A DNA stretch of 33,302 nt from Candidatus Coatesbacteria bacterium (GTDB lineage: Bacteria > JAFGND01). The stretch spans positions 1 to 33,302 of the forward strand of contig JAFGND010000105.1 of NCBI GenBank assembly GCA_016927185.1, given 5' to 3'. A program made the translations under genes and the position numbers. Below the pieces are notes generated by a model, which saw only the letters and a program-made list of their open reading frames with translations, did no database searches and had not been told where the DNA came from. This document shows, one piece after another, positions 17,920 through 28,500 of this stretch; position 1 is the first letter of the stretch, and every line of letters starts with the position of its first letter.

Positions 17920-18912
17920 ATGATTTTTATTTGCACTTTGCTTCTGGCTGCAAGTATCCATTTGTCAGAACCAGTATTGATACTTTCTGCACAAACGTTT
18001 TTCGATATGAAGAAAGACTGCGAACAGGAGACAGTGCTTGTTGATAATATAAATCTCAACAGTGAAAAACTGCAGAAATCCTTAGGCAATGATTACAGGG
18101 AAATCATATATCGTTGCATGCCAATAAGAAAACAAGCTCATACACTGGGTGTTCTCCAGCAGACCTACTGGTACAGCACTGACAGCAAGGATAGAAGGAT
18201 TTTATGGAGCAGGCTTTACCCTATGCATGGTTTGCCACCAAGAGTGCGTGTAGAGGTTTTCGAGCGAGATAGCGTGCTTTACAGATGGGAGCAAATCCCT
18301 GGAATCCAGTGTCTTCTTGTTGCATCATATGATCTGAAAGTAATTGCCATTTCGGAACAGACTGAGCATAACAAATACAGGAAAAAGATATTTTCTTCGG
18401 TAAACAGCCAGTCGGTTTTTAATGAGACTTTTCCTGGAAAAATCTCGGAAGTAGATCCCAGACATCTGGTTATGCACCATAATAAGGTCTTTCATATAAC
18501 AAACAGCATTATTTATGAAGAGGAAAAAGAGGTTTTTAATCTGAAGAGTTTAAGTATCCCTGCAGGATCGCAAATGCTTCTGTATCCTTCTGATTACTGT
18601 ATAGCCTATGTTTCAAGAGACAAGGATAATGCTTTCATAAAATGCTACAACTGGAAAAGCAGATCCATGATGTTTTCAATACCAGTAAGCCAGGCTTCAG
18701 TAATCCAGTTCGCTTCAGATGATGATACTTTGTTCTGGCTGGAAAAGGACGGGACATTCAAGTGGTGCGACAGGAAAGGAATACTGAAAGGTCAGCTGAA
18801 ACCAAAAGGACGTTCGCTTGCTGGATGCGGTTTGATGAATAGAGACTTCTTTGCAACATGGTCACAGGATCAGACAGGTCAGAAAGTGCATAATCTCTAT
18901 TTACTTAAATAA
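17920..18912 (+). CDS. Hypothetical exported beta-rich protein
   Basis: 330-aa ORF with a hydrophobic N-terminus; no family recognised; start uncertain. Confidence 0.6.
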   Translation: MIFICTLLLAASIHLSEPVLILSAQTFFDMKKDCEQETVLVDNINLNSEKLQKSLGNDYREIIYRCMPIRKQAHTLGVLQQTYWYSTDSKDRRILWSRLYPMHGLPPRVRVEVFERDSVLYRWEQIPGIQCLLVASYDLKVIAISEQTEHNKYRKKIFSSVNSQSVFNETFPGKISEVDPRHLVMHHNKVFHITNSIIYEEEKEVFNLKSLSIPAGSQMLLYPSDYCIAYVSRDKDNAFIKCYNWKSRSMMFSIPVSQASVIQFASDDDTLFWLEKDGTFKWCDRKGILKGQLKPKGRSLAGCGLMNRDFFATWSQDQTGQKVHNLYLLK

Positions 18913-18945
18913 CAGTTGAATAAAATATTAGTCAAGGAGTATGAA

Positions 18946-19383
18946 ATGAAAAAGATGCTTGCTGGCATTTTAATGATAAGTGTAATATGTTTTATTGCAA
19001 GCAGTTGCCAGAATCTGGAGAAGAACATCAATAAAGAGGTAAAGAATATTTCTAAAGGTGCAGAGAAATTGGTTGGCAAGGCAGTTATAGAAAAACTTAC
19101 TGAGGAAGCCGGTTATAAATCAGGAAAGGATCTTGCAGACGCATTCGAAAAATTCGTTGACAACAAGAAGGAAGAAGCTGGTGACAAGATAGTTGATTTC
19201 CTGAAGGCAAATGGCACTGATACGGATCTGATGATAAAGGCATTGAGCAGTATGTCAGACGCACTTGTAAAGGCAAAAGCAGTCGAGGCAAAGGAATGGA
19301 AGGAGTTCATAGATTACATAAAAAAGAAGGACAGGGAACTTGCTTCAAAGAAGAATGATGGAAAAACGAAACAGGAAAAGTGA
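18946..19383 (+). CDS. Hypothetical helical lipoprotein
   Basis: AAGGAG RBS before ATG 18946; MKKMLAGILMISVICFIASSC lipobox. Confidence 0.75.
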   Translation: MKKMLAGILMISVICFIASSCQNLEKNINKEVKNISKGAEKLVGKAVIEKLTEEAGYKSGKDLADAFEKFVDNKKEEAGDKIVDFLKANGTDTDLMIKALSSMSDALVKAKAVEAKEWKEFIDYIKKKDRELASKKNDGKTKQEK

Positions 19384-20282
19384 TGACTTTGGAAAAAATC
19401 CTTAGTGACTTCAAGAAGATTGTTTCTGTAGATGCATTCTCAGGAGGAAGAGATGGCAAAGTCTTTTTCCTTAGCCATTATCATTCTGATCACAGACCCG
19501 GGCTTTATGAAGGCTGGAACAAAGGTCAGATAGTCTGCTCAGATCTTACTGGAAAGTTTCTTCGGAAATTATGCAAGATAAATGGTGAGAGTGTTTTGAC
19601 AGCGGATGAAAACTGCTGGTATGACTGTTTCAGTGATTTCGAATTCTGCACACATGATGCAAACCACTGCCCTGGTGCATACATGTTTCTTTTCAAATAC
19701 AAGCATAAGAAAATCCTCCATACTGGTGATTTCAGGCTGAATAAATCCATTGAGAAATGGTTAATTCAAAACAAGCCATATGATTACGTCATTGCAGATG
19801 ATACATATTATTCTGCCAAGGGGATTTATGATTTCCCGTCACAGGAATCCTGTATAAAAAAAGCAGTCCGCATTGCATGTGCAAACAAGGACAAGGAAAT
19901 TTTCATAGGCATATATACTTTGGGCAAGGAGAAACTTCTTTGTGCAGTTTCTGAAGCTCTTTCATGTCCCATATATGTACCAGACAAGATGAGAAAATGC
20001 TTCAAGATACAGGATCTGAAATATATTACTTCTGACAAGAAAATCACTAATATATATGCCTATGGAATGGGATATTTCAGTTCAGAGTGGTTCTTCTTCA
20101 ATCCAGACAATCATGTAGTAATAATCCCCACTGGCTGGCAGGGTACATTCTCTTATAACGAGCATTATCATTACATTCCGTACTCAGAACACTGCTCATC
20201 TAATGAATTCAAAAGATTCCTTGATATAGTGCTTCCTGCATATGTTTACGGTCATGTCTCTAAATTAATGCTTGCCAGATAA
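19380..20282 (+). CDS. Metallo-beta-lactamase/beta-CASP nuclease, SNM1/PSO2 (DCLRE1)-like
   Basis: LSHYHSDH, DANHCPGA.MFLF, ILHTGDFR, DDTY, FPSQE, YTLGKE, PTGW, IPYSEHCS. Confidence 0.85.
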   Translation: MMTLEKILSDFKKIVSVDAFSGGRDGKVFFLSHYHSDHRPGLYEGWNKGQIVCSDLTGKFLRKLCKINGESVLTADENCWYDCFSDFEFCTHDANHCPGAYMFLFKYKHKKILHTGDFRLNKSIEKWLIQNKPYDYVIADDTYYSAKGIYDFPSQESCIKKAVRIACANKDKEIFIGIYTLGKEKLLCAVSEALSCPIYVPDKMRKCFKIQDLKYITSDKKITNIYAYGMGYFSSEWFFFNPDNHVVIIPTGWQGTFSYNEHYHYIPYSEHCSSNEFKRFLDIVLPAYVYGHVSKLMLAR

Positions 20283-20409
20283 TTACCTCTGCTGTTAAAA
20301 GGCAGTATTTTTATACCTCACCCTGAATGAGGTACCTCATATGAGGCAAAAAGACTTGATGGAGTATTGGATAATTCAAGAAAACTTGTCTGAAAGAGCA
20401 TTTCATAAT

Positions 20410-20425
20410 TGGCATTAAATTTGCT
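20410..20425 (+). promoter_or_regulatory. Sigma-54 (-24/-12) promoter
   Basis: TGGCATTAAATTTGCT, exact GG-N10-GC spacing, 36 nt before ATG 20462. Confidence 0.65.
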
Positions 20426-20461
20426 CCAAACAAGTGTTTCATTAAAGTGAAAGGAGAGATT

Positions 20462-21181
20462 ATGAAGAAAACAGCAATAGGTATTCTTGGAGGATTGCTT
20501 GTTATATCATTTGCAGCAATACTGAACAGCGAGGATATAAAAGACAAGGTGATCCTTAAAGTATTGAAAATCAAGACAATAGGAAACAAGAATAATGAGA
20601 AGAAAGGTTCAATAAAGATTAACTTTACAGATGCTGATATGAAGAAGGGAAATATAATCGTAAATCTTTATAAGGAAAATGCTGATTTCGTTAAGGATGC
20701 TCCACTTGAAAGCAAGACACTGAAAGAAGGTGAATCTGAGATAGTTTTCGATAATGTTGAATATGGTGACTATAAATTGATTGCGTTTACTGACAAGGAT
20801 AAGACTGGCAAACTTACCCAGAAAATGCTTGATGTTCTGAATGAAAAGGAAATTCCAGGTAAGGATGCAGGAAGCAAACACAAGAAGATAATAATAAAGA
20901 GGGAAAATAATGATGTTGAGATAAATGAAGAAGGCACAAAGAAGATTATAATCGTGAAAGGTGATGAAAAGGAAAAGTATAATGATACAGAAGGTGAAGG
21001 AAAGAAATACAAGAAGATTATAATTATCAAGGAAGATGGAAATACGAAAAAGGAAATCAATATTGATGAAAAAGGCATGGAATTGAAGAAGTTACAGGAA
21101 TTGGGGAATATGAAACCTGGTATTCAGATACAACCTGAAGGCGATTTTTCAATAACATTCAAATACGTTGATATTCAATGA
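20462..21181 (+). CDS. Exported DUF2141-like protein with Lys/Glu-rich KKIII-repeat tail
   Basis: AAAGGAG RBS; signal peptide; GNIIVNLY...F...FDNVEYGDYKLIAFTDKDKTGKL resembles DUF2141. Confidence 0.65.
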   Translation: MKKTAIGILGGLLVISFAAILNSEDIKDKVILKVLKIKTIGNKNNEKKGSIKINFTDADMKKGNIIVNLYKENADFVKDAPLESKTLKEGESEIVFDNVEYGDYKLIAFTDKDKTGKLTQKMLDVLNEKEIPGKDAGSKHKKIIIKRENNDVEINEEGTKKIIIVKGDEKEKYNDTEGEGKKYKKIIIIKEDGNTKKEINIDEKGMELKKLQELGNMKPGIQIQPEGDFSITFKYVDIQ

Positions 21182-21185
21182 AATG

Positions 21186-21205
21186 GAAGGGAGTTGTCTC
21201 CCTTC
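21186..21205. terminator. Hairpin between convergent genes (probable terminator)
   Basis: GAAGGGAG-TTGT-CTCCCTTC perfect 8-bp stem in the 25-bp gap; U-tracts are short. Confidence 0.55.
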
Positions 21206-21206
21206 T

Positions 21207-22067
21207 CTATGCTATTGCTCCATAAGGACATGAATTTTTGCATTTACCACAAAGTATGCATTCTGTAGAACTTACTTTATTGCCTCTGGATATATAACTC
21301 ATGACATCTATATCCATGGGGCAGTTCTTGTTGCATAATCCACATTCCCTGCATGGAATATTAGAAGGCTTCATCTTTATAAGTGCAAGCCTGCTCTGAA
21401 GTTTCATTATCAGGGAGACAGGGCAGACAATCTTGCAGAAAGCTCTTTTCTTTCTGAAAACAAATGCCAGTATAACTGCTGCAAGATAATATAAACCATT
21501 TCCAGCAAGAAACCAGATTAGTTGATGGAGTTTTCCATTGCTTTCATCAATGTGAAGATTAATGTAATCGTATCCGCTCCATATGAATAGAAGGGGAACA
21601 AGGATGCCTGCAACAAGAACGGGAAACCTTATGTATGTCAATCGTTTAGGGATTTTATGATTCTCCTTCAGTGGAAGCCATTCAAGTAATGCAGCAGTCC
21701 AGCAAGCCCATCCACAGAAACCTCTTCCCCATATGAATGGACCGAGTATTTTCGCGATTGCGTAATGTATCAGTACTCTTGTAAATACACCATAACCCAG
21801 ATAGAATATTGTCTCTTCAAGTTGCAGGTTTTCTCTTTGAATTATGCCAAGAAATACAAGAAATACTGGTGATATGGCAAGAATGGCAATTCTTCTTCCA
21901 ATGTCTTTGTCTTTGGCTTTCAATAATATAGCAAGAATCTGACCTGCAGAAATTGAAAACCCAATCCAGGTGAAAATAAGAACAAATCCCCACCAGTGAG
22001 ACAGGTAATAAAGAAGAAGTGCTACGAAACAGCCTATGAATAAAGGGATTAGTAGAATCATGCTCAT
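21207..22067 (-). CDS. Membrane polyferredoxin, NapH/MauN-like 4Fe-4S binding protein
   Basis: About five TM helices; GRGFCGWACW, RAFCKIVCP, CRECGLCNKNCP, CILCGKCKNSCP. Confidence 0.85.
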   Translation of the reverse strand: MSMILLIPLFIGCFVALLLYYLSHWWGFVLIFTWIGFSISAGQILAILLKAKDKDIGRRIAILAISPVFLVFLGIIQRENLQLEETIFYLGYGVFTRVLIHYAIAKILGPFIWGRGFCGWACWTAALLEWLPLKENHKIPKRLTYIRFPVLVAGILVPLLFIWSGYDYINLHIDESNGKLHQLIWFLAGNGLYYLAAVILAFVFRKKRAFCKIVCPVSLIMKLQSRLALIKMKPSNIPCRECGLCNKNCPMDIDVMSYISRGNKVSSTECILCGKCKNSCPYGAIA

Positions 22068-22078
22068 TTAAAGTCTTG

Positions 22079-23449
22079 TCAGTTCTCCTTGTCAAGAGAA
22101 TAGCTTTTGATCTTGGCAATCAGGTTAACTCTTGATATACCAAGTATTTGTGCACACCTTGTCCTGTTGTTTTTGGTATATATCAGAATTTTCTTTATAT
22201 GCTGAGCTTCGATTTCTTTCAAGGTTTTCAAATCCTTTGCAGAGACTTCATCACTTAGGGAAAAATTCTGAAGGAAATACTGTGGAAGTGATTTCTTGTG
22301 AAGCTCATTTGATGTCTCTATTATTGTTGCGCTGTTTATTATATTCATCAATTCTCTTACATTCCCTGGAAAACTGTAGTTGTTCAGGAGGTCCAATACG
22401 GCAGAAGAAATCTTTGTTATGCTCTTGTTATTGAGTTCAGAAAACTTTTTCAGGAAATAATACGAAAGAACTTCTACATCTCCCTCTCTTTCTCTCAGTG
22501 GAGGAAGATATATTGAATTCATGTTGAGCCTGTAAAAAAGATCTTTCCTGAAATTCCCTTTCTTTATTTCCTCGAAAAGATCCTTGTTTGTTGCAGCTAT
22601 TATCCTGACATCAGCTCTTTGATTCTTTGTGGAGCCAACTCTGAAGAACTCACCTTCCTGAAGAAAACGCAACAATTTCACTTGTATCTGAAGAGCAAGT
22701 TCTCCTATTTCATCAAGAAACAATGTTCCACCATCTGCTTCTTCAAGCAGACCTTTCTTGTTGGCATCCGCTCCAGTGAATGCCCCTTTTGCATGCCCGA
22801 AAAATTCAGATGCAAACAGCTCGTTTGCAAAGACACCTGCATTTACTGCAATAAATGCCTTTTTGGATCTGCTACTTATCTTGTGTATTGCATTTGCAAA
22901 AAGCTCCTTCCCTGTGCCACTTTCACCCCAAATTAGAATTGTGTTATTTGTCTGTGCAAGTTTCTCTACAAAATGGAACAGCTTGATTATCTTGGGATTA
23001 CTCGTGATTATATCCGAGAAAGCTGATTGATTATATTCCAGCTCTGTTTTTCCATTGCTTACCTTTGACTTATCCTTGCTGAGATTGCCTCTTTCTATGG
23101 CAATACTCATTACCTTTAGAAGATATTGCTGATCAGCAGGTTTGGTTATATAATCATGCGCACCAAGTTTCATTGCAGAAACTGCAAGCTCAACATCCTC
23201 TACCCCTGTAAGGACTACAGTATTTATTTCTATCTTGTTGTCAAATATGAATTTAAGTATATCAAGACCATTCACTTTTGGCATATCCATGTCAAGAAGA
23301 AGAAGATCAAATTTTTCGTTCTGAAGCATGTCATATGATTTGCAGCTATCAGATAGTGTAACAGGTTGGTATTCACCGCTTTGCATGAGAAGTATACTCA
23401 AGTAATTAAGAACAGCCTTGTCATCATCAATAATTAAAACCTTATTCAT
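22079..23449 (-). CDS. Sigma-54-dependent response regulator (NtrC family; REC-AAA+-Fis HTH)
   Basis: IIDDD, LLDMDMP, GESGTGKE, GAFTGA, LFLDEIG, FRKDLFYRL, PGNVREL, C-terminal HTH. Confidence 0.95.
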   Translation of the reverse strand: MNKVLIIDDDKAVLNYLSILLMQSGEYQPVTLSDSCKSYDMLQNEKFDLLLLDMDMPKVNGLDILKFIFDNKIEINTVVLTGVEDVELAVSAMKLGAHDYITKPADQQYLLKVMSIAIERGNLSKDKSKVSNGKTELEYNQSAFSDIITSNPKIIKLFHFVEKLAQTNNTILIWGESGTGKELFANAIHKISSRSKKAFIAVNAGVFANELFASEFFGHAKGAFTGADANKKGLLEEADGGTLFLDEIGELALQIQVKLLRFLQEGEFFRVGSTKNQRADVRIIAATNKDLFEEIKKGNFRKDLFYRLNMNSIYLPPLREREGDVEVLSYYFLKKFSELNNKSITKISSAVLDLLNNYSFPGNVRELMNIINSATIIETSNELHKKSLPQYFLQNFSLSDEVSAKDLKTLKEIEAQHIKKILIYTKNNRTRCAQILGISRVNLIAKIKSYSLDKEN

Positions 23450-25521
23450 TTATTATCTCCTGACCTGAAAGGAAAACGAATTATGAAAACAGTACCATTA
23501 CCGACTTTGCTTTCTACATCTATCTTTCCTCCATGATCTTCTACAATTCCATATGCAATTGATAAACCTAATCCTGTTCCACCACTATTCTTTTTTGTAG
23601 TGAAAAAGGGATCAAAAATATTCTTCATTATATTTTCATCCATACCGATTCCGTTATCTGCAATTCTTACTATTATTTCCTCATTCCTGAAATCAGTCAA
23701 TGTTGTTATATTTATCTGACCTTGTTTCTGTATTGCCTGTGAAGCATTAAGAATTATATTAACAATAACCTGCTCTATTCTCTGCTTGCTCCCTATGAAT
23801 ACAGGAGTTCCCTCTTCAAGATTTGTGATTATTTCAGCATTTCTCTTTACCTGATTGTGAACAAGCCTTATGCAGCTTTCAATCACTTCATTTATGTCTA
23901 TTCGGTCTTCCTTCAATCCGTCATCACGCTTGGCAAACTTCCGCAAGTCTTCTACAATTGTTTTTATCCTGTTTGCACCATTAGCCATGTCATCAATAAG
24001 TATTAGTATATTTTCCTTGAATATTTCATAGTCCAGCCTTGCGATTTTCAAATCCTTCCTGCTTTCATAAACATCATCAAGCAAAGGTATTATGTCCTTC
24101 ATGGCCTCCTGGACAATTGCTATATTACCTCTTATAAAAGTGTTCGGATTATTTATTTCATGTGCTACACCGGATACCAAAAGACCAATAGATGCAAGCT
24201 TATCAGTCTGATACAGCTGCATTTCTATGCTTTTCTGTTTTGTTATGATCTTGGCAAATCCCAGTACGCTTTCCACTTCATTCTTTGAAGAGAATATAGG
24301 ATATGCCTGTACAAGAAAGAAATCATCACCCACCTTGATTTCCCTTGAGACCTCTTTCCTGTTCTTGAAAACAGCATCTATTGGAGATTCACCGCTTTCG
24401 GAATCAGCAAGGAAGATTTTCTTGAAATGATCAGCATTCTTCTTAATATCATCCCTGTTAGACATCTTTATGTTGAAATCCTTATCCATAAGAACAACAG
24501 TATCTGTTATTGCATTGAAGAGAGTCTGAAGCCTGTTCTTGCTCTCCTTCAGTTTCTCTGTTGCAAGAAGAAGATCATTATGTTTCTTCTCAAGCTGACT
24601 CTTCTTTGTCTCAAGATCCTTTGTCCTATCCCTGACAATCTTCTCCAGATTCTCATTCTGCTCTATCAGCCTTTTTTCAAGCTGCTTCCTGAGTTTTATA
24701 TCCTTGAAAACTGCTTCAATGCACTGTTCTCCATCCACATCTATTGTTATGAATGAACCTATTACTGGACATGGATTTCCATACTTGTCAACAAGTGTCA
24801 TTTCAAAACCTTCAAGAAAGCCATGTTTCTCAAGCTGACCTAGTATATATGGTCTCAATATGGAAATATTCTCGTATAATTTATCCTTCAGATAATTCAG
24901 GTTTACTGCTGGATCTATTGGGTATTGAAGCATTCTGTAGAAAGCCCTGTTGGCTTTTATTATCTCCCCGCTTTTCCTTGATATTGCCACTGCATCGGGA
25001 CCGTATTCAAACATGTGCTCGAACCGTTTCTTTGCCTTTTCTATTTCAAGTGTCTTGCTGGAAACCATTTCCTCAAGTTTGTCTACATAATTCTTAAGTT
25101 TTTCCTGAAGTTCTATCTTCTCTATGGATTTTGCAATCATCCTTGCAACTTCCTTCAGGAGTTTTGCCTCCTCAAAAAGGAATTCTGCTTTCCTTGTATA
25201 TGCAATTTCAACACTACCTCTTTTTGTGCCGTTTACAGTGATTTCTTCGCTCATGACGTGATTAAGCTTGTAATCTGGAATTTCAATTTTACTGTATATC
25301 TTTCCATCAAGAGTGAAAAAGGCAGTTGTTATCTCTGGAAACTGAAATCCCCTTACAAGATGTTCTGTTGAATTGAGAAGAATTGTTGCAAGGTCCTGAT
25401 TATACTCTATCTCATAACCGATATTATAAAGGCATTCCAGTTCTTTTATTCTCTCCCTTAATTCTATCTCTATCTTGCTTGTATTCGCCACTTTTTTATC
25501 CAGTGTTAAAATTCTTATCAC
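23446..25521 (-). CDS. Cytoplasmic PAS-domain sensor histidine kinase
   Basis: LRERIKEL N-terminus, PAS segments, H-box GVAHEINNP, N-box NIILNASQA, DNGIG, FDPFFTTK, GTGLGL; no TM helix; start uncertain. Confidence 0.92.
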   Translation of the reverse strand: MIRILTLDKKVANTSKIEIELRERIKELECLYNIGYEIEYNQDLATILLNSTEHLVRGFQFPEITTAFFTLDGKIYSKIEIPDYKLNHVMSEEITVNGTKRGSVEIAYTRKAEFLFEEAKLLKEVARMIAKSIEKIELQEKLKNYVDKLEEMVSSKTLEIEKAKKRFEHMFEYGPDAVAISRKSGEIIKANRAFYRMLQYPIDPAVNLNYLKDKLYENISILRPYILGQLEKHGFLEGFEMTLVDKYGNPCPVIGSFITIDVDGEQCIEAVFKDIKLRKQLEKRLIEQNENLEKIVRDRTKDLETKKSQLEKKHNDLLLATEKLKESKNRLQTLFNAITDTVVLMDKDFNIKMSNRDDIKKNADHFKKIFLADSESGESPIDAVFKNRKEVSREIKVGDDFFLVQAYPIFSSKNEVESVLGFAKIITKQKSIEMQLYQTDKLASIGLLVSGVAHEINNPNTFIRGNIAIVQEAMKDIIPLLDDVYESRKDLKIARLDYEIFKENILILIDDMANGANRIKTIVEDLRKFAKRDDGLKEDRIDINEVIESCIRLVHNQVKRNAEIITNLEEGTPVFIGSKQRIEQVIVNIILNASQAIQKQGQINITTLTDFRNEEIIVRIADNGIGMDENIMKNIFDPFFTTKKNSGGTGLGLSIAYGIVEDHGGKIDVESKVGNGTVFIIRFPFRSGDNK

Positions 25522-28500
25522 CTAAACATCAAGAAGCTTTTTTATTGTCAAGTTAAAGCTATTCTCTGATGCAATATAACTTATCTTCTGGGGTTTGAAA
25601 GTCTGCAAGCTTATCTTTATTGCATCAAGCATAATCATATCCTTCATGACTTCTTCAAGAGACAGAAACCCGGTTTCTTTATTCTTGTAACATCTGTTTA
25701 TAAAAGAGATTTCACTATTGATATCCTTTACACTCTTAAAAGAGGTTTTGCTGCCAAGCTTTTCATAAAGTCCAGTTATAACTTCCCAGTTTTCGTATTC
25801 ATTTTCAGGAGTTTTCACCCGGTTGAAATATTGTATTCTTCCATCGCAGGAAGTATATGAACCTGAAGATTCAAGAGGTATTGCCATAGGCAGGAATATA
25901 TCTGCTCTTTCTGTTGTAGCTGTCTGGAATATATCAGAAACCACCATGAATTCTATATTATCAAAAAACTTGATGTTAGAAACATCGCAAAGTGGGTCTT
26001 CCCCGAAAATGAGAGCTGCCTTTATTGCACCATTTAAAAGTTTTGCCTTGATATCATTCTTCCTGAAAATATCTGTCAGATTTGTTTCCCATTTATCTGA
26101 AATCTTTTTTATCCAGTCAGTCTCATCCAGTCCCACAAAACCTGGCAAATATTCTGTTGATACACCATTATTAAGCACACCAGTTGAATTGCAGTAATCC
26201 CTGACCACTATTATTCCATTTCCCTTCCTGCACAGGCTTCCCTTTATTGCATGAAGACTGGTAATAGCCTTTATATCATCAACTGACTTGTCTGCATATC
26301 TATCTATATTATATACAGTTATGAGATTCTTGTTGTCGCTTACCATATTGAAAAGCTTGTCCAGTTTTTCCCCATTTATCCCTGTCATTTCAAGTACATT
26401 TGAAGGGCTTATTCCTGAAATCGATTTCCTCAAGTTTTCATAACCTTCAGTTCTGTTCTTTATGAATTCCGTATCAGTCTTTTCCCTGTGCATGAGAGCA
26501 TTCATAAGCCCACAGAAAAGTGCAGTACTGGAACCTCTCTTCAGATCAATCCATAAATCAGCTGTCCTGCATATTGAAGTTTCTGATGGAGATAGTACTA
26601 TTAATTTTGCTCCCTTTTTCATTGCCTGCTTTATCTTGAGTTCCATCACGAGATTTTCACTGGCAAGATCAGTATTGACAAGCATTATCAGATCAGCATT
26701 TTCAAATTCATCTGTATTTGTTGTTGATGAAGTGAATCCCATGATTCTATCAAGGGAGTTAAGTCCAACTCCTTTGAGCAGATTGCTGAGACTTGATATA
26801 TTATTGTTCTTAAGGACAGTTCTAGTGAACTTCTGGAGAAGATAAAGTTCCTCATTAGTCATTCCAGATGATGCAAAAACAGCAATAGAGTCATTGCCAA
26901 AAGACTTCTGATAATGTCTTAGTTTCCTTGTGATTTCGTTAATTGCATTTTCAATATCTGTCTCTGCAAACCTACCATCCTTGTTCATGAGAGCTTTTCC
27001 ATTTCTCCTGTCATCAAGCATGTATCTGTAGCCGAATCTTCCTTTCACACAAAGATAGCCTCTGTTATGCGTATCCCCGGAAGCATTCTTTACAGTGAAA
27101 AGATCTTTACCCATTACTTTATATTTAAGATTGCATCCTGTTGAACAGAAACTGCATATACCGTCATATTCAATACCTCTGAACGGAGCAGGTTTTATTG
27201 CAGGAAGTCTCTCTGACAAGGCTCCTGTAGGGCATGTATCAATGCAATTACCACAGGATATACAGTTTGTCTCCTGAAGTTTCTTTTCCATTGCAGGCTT
27301 GACAACAGATCTGAAGCCCCTGTTTATAAAACCAAGTGCTGATACTTCAAGAATCTGGGAACAAGTCCTTACGCATCTTCCGCATGATATGCACTTATTG
27401 GAATCAATCAAAATGAAAGGATGGCTTTTATCAACCTTGTATTTCCTTACTTCACCCAGATACTTGCTTATATCTACCCCGTAATCATCAGCATATTTTC
27501 TCAAGCTACAGTCAAAATACTCATTACATCCGCATTCCAGGCATCTGCTTGATTCTCTTTCAGCTTGCTTGCTTGTATAACCTAGCTCCACTTCCTTGAA
27601 AGACTTGATCCTCAGTTCAGGCTCAAGCTCCTGCATCTCCTCTTTCTTCATTTTTTCAGTATTCTCGAATTCAAGCATTGAAATGTCCCCGAATGCATCT
27701 TTCCTGCTCAGAAACTCCCTTGCATTTCCTGAACCATTTCCTCCTTTCAGGAATCTGTCAATTGATTTGGCTGCCTTTAAACCATGAGCAATGGCATCAA
27801 TTGCTGCCTTCGGACCTGTTACTGCATCTCCGCCTGCATAAATCCCTTTCTCATCAGTTGAGAGAGAATTTTCATCAACAACTATGCCATTCCATTTCGT
27901 GGTTTTCAGAACGCAATCTTCCCTAATACCGCACAAATCTATATCCTGACCTATTGCAGAGATTGCATAATCGCAATCAAGATCATATTCTGATCCCTCT
28001 ATGGGTATTGGAGATCGTCTTCCTGACTTGTCTGGCTCGCCAAGTTTCATCTTTATGCACTTCAATGCTTTCAAGACGCCTTTCTTTTCTATTATCTCTA
28101 CAGGGGCTGACAGGTATCTTATATCAATTCCTTCATGCAATGCAGCATCTATCTCTATTGCGTTTGCAGGCATTTCCTCTCGCGTTCTCCTGTAAAGTAT
28201 TATCACTTCCTTCGCTCCAAGTCTTAGAGAAGTTCTTGCTGCATCAATTGCAGTATTTCCTCCTCCAATAACTACAACTTTTTTAAGTTTTTCAGATTTT
28301 CCCGTATTAACAAAGTCCCTCAAGAAATCAATTCCACCAACAATTCCTTTTATATTCTCTTCATTTTTTACTCCCATTTTCTTGGCTTTCTGCGCACCCA
28401 ATGCTAGAAAAATGGCATTATAACCGTCTTTCTTGAGACTCGATATGGTGAAATCCTTTCCAAGTTCCTTCCCTGTATAAACCTGAACTCCCATGTTTGT

